DNA of 62,756 bases, filler included, from Pirum gemmata (Eukaryota), in the NCBI GenBank assembly GCA_002812295.1. It is 25 parts of 25 records of this genome, joined end to end, with 100 filler letters (N's around TTAATTAATTAA, not from the genome) between each part and the next. Parts side by side here need not be neighbours in the genome. Positions count along the whole stretch, not along the records: positions 60,498 to 62,756 come from PDIN01007475.1; 24 more parts are not named here. The stretch is one strand, 5' to 3'. Shown piece after piece: positions 61,752 to 62,756 of this stretch. The translations under genes and the position numbers were made by a program. Under the pieces are notes generated by a model. The model searched no databases and was not told where the DNA came from. It worked only from the letters and a program-made list of their open reading frames with translations. Position 1 is the first letter of the stretch. Each line of letters opens with the position of its first letter.

Positions 61752-62592
61752 GCAACTAGTAATGATCATAGTACTAACAAGCAAAACCAACAATATTAGA
61801 AATAGTAGAAATAGAAAATAGCTCCCCTATTCTAATATAAAAACAAATAACATAAAAATAAAAATAACCACCTGATTAACCAAAACATATTTTGCCTTTT
61901 TTCTTCAGGTAGCATATAGTATGTCTTTTGTTTCAACATGAATAATGCTCCAAGAACTGTTCCATAAACTAAAATACAATTTATATAAATTTATCACTAA
62001 GAATACTTCAAACGCAAAAATACAAATAGTAAAATAAGGAAATAATAAAAACACACAACAGCAATACAATGAAATAATAAAAAACTACAATGTTAATAAC
62101 ACATTAAGATAATAAAGACAATAGCAATATAGCAAGATAACAAAATAATAAATTAACTTATTTAAGATTATTAAGACGACAACAAGATAATAAAACAATA
62201 CACCAATACAGTAACAGAATAACACAATAACACAATAACACAATAGCACAATAACACCATAACACAATAAAACAATAACACCATAACACAATAAATACAC
62301 AATGCTACCACAATACCACAATACCACAATACCGCAATACCATAATACTACAATGCCGCAAGAATACTACAAGAATATCACAAGAATACCACAATAATAC
62401 CGCAAGAATATCACACTAATAATACAATAACAATATAATAACATCATAACACCATAACACCAAAACATTATAATAACACAATAAAAATACAAACGCGTAA
62501 TGTTAAAACACAATAATGCATCAACTTACACGCTCCAACAAATGGAGAAAGAAACATGATCTGTCTACTTTTGGATGTGGATAAAGCCACTC
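61325..62592 (-). CDS. Last four exons of a multi-pass membrane protein
   Basis: Exons 62592-62530, 61968-61872, 61553-61471 and 61350-61325 splice in phase to ...QIMFLSPFVGAFYGTVLGALFMLKQKTYYMLPEEKRQNMFWLISISICCLLLMFIVWWCIAILLLNHSFLNATPPNPNH*. Confidence 0.7.
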
Positions 62593-62669
62593 CTGTGAAA
62601 TAAATAGATAAATAAAATAAATAAAATAAATAAAATAAATAAAATAGATAAAATAGATAAAATAGATAA

Positions 62670-62700
<31 letters not shown>

Positions 62701-62756
62701 CTAAACTAAACTAAACTAAACTAAACTAAACTAAACTAAACTAAACTAAACTAAAC

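Noticed and set aside
61872..62592. Rhomboid protease assignment for the membrane protein
   Set aside because: GxxxG spacing is suggestive, but the catalytic His is absent and upstream exons are missing.
1..62756. tRNA, rRNA or autonomous transposase genes
   Set aside because: None recognisable by eye. A covariance-model or HMM scan would be needed to exclude short or divergent ones.

Overview
This is not one contiguous locus. It is about 25 unrelated short contigs or scaffolds (mostly ~2.2-2.3 kb, a few 3-4 kb) from a very AT-rich, intron-rich eukaryote, joined by 24 artificial 100-bp spacers (N44-TTAATTAATTAA-N44). GT-AG introns are filled with microsatellites and TTAGGG-type repeats. The gene content is compatible with a unicellular opisthokont or amoebozoan, but the taxon cannot be fixed from this window. 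Most ORF-track entries are microsatellite artefacts. Manual splicing recovers fragments of real genes: UDP-glucose pyrophosphorylase (3 exons), OCRL/INPP5B-like ASH-RhoGAP (3 exons), one UBA1 exon, a C2-domain exon, a probable GCNA-like gene, two vWA-domain genes (one a type I membrane receptor), a zinc-finger plus triple-homeodomain exon, an intronless NUGGC/SLIP-GC-like dynamin GTPase, an intronless ankyrin-repeat gene, an XPG/Exo1-type nuclease fragment and several orphans. The non-coding DNA holds at least six families of short non-autonomous TIR elements (MITEs) with TA, TTAA, 8-bp or Harbinger-type ends, plus Ty3/Gypsy remnants. The most unusual signal is a recurring trio: MITE ends, clusters of TA-anchored short palindromes or repeated target-site duplications that look like stacked excision footprints, and interstitial telomeric arrays. 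I infer insertion/excision hotspots whose breaks are sometimes patched with telomeric repeats. All family assignments come from motif recognition by eye, not database searches.
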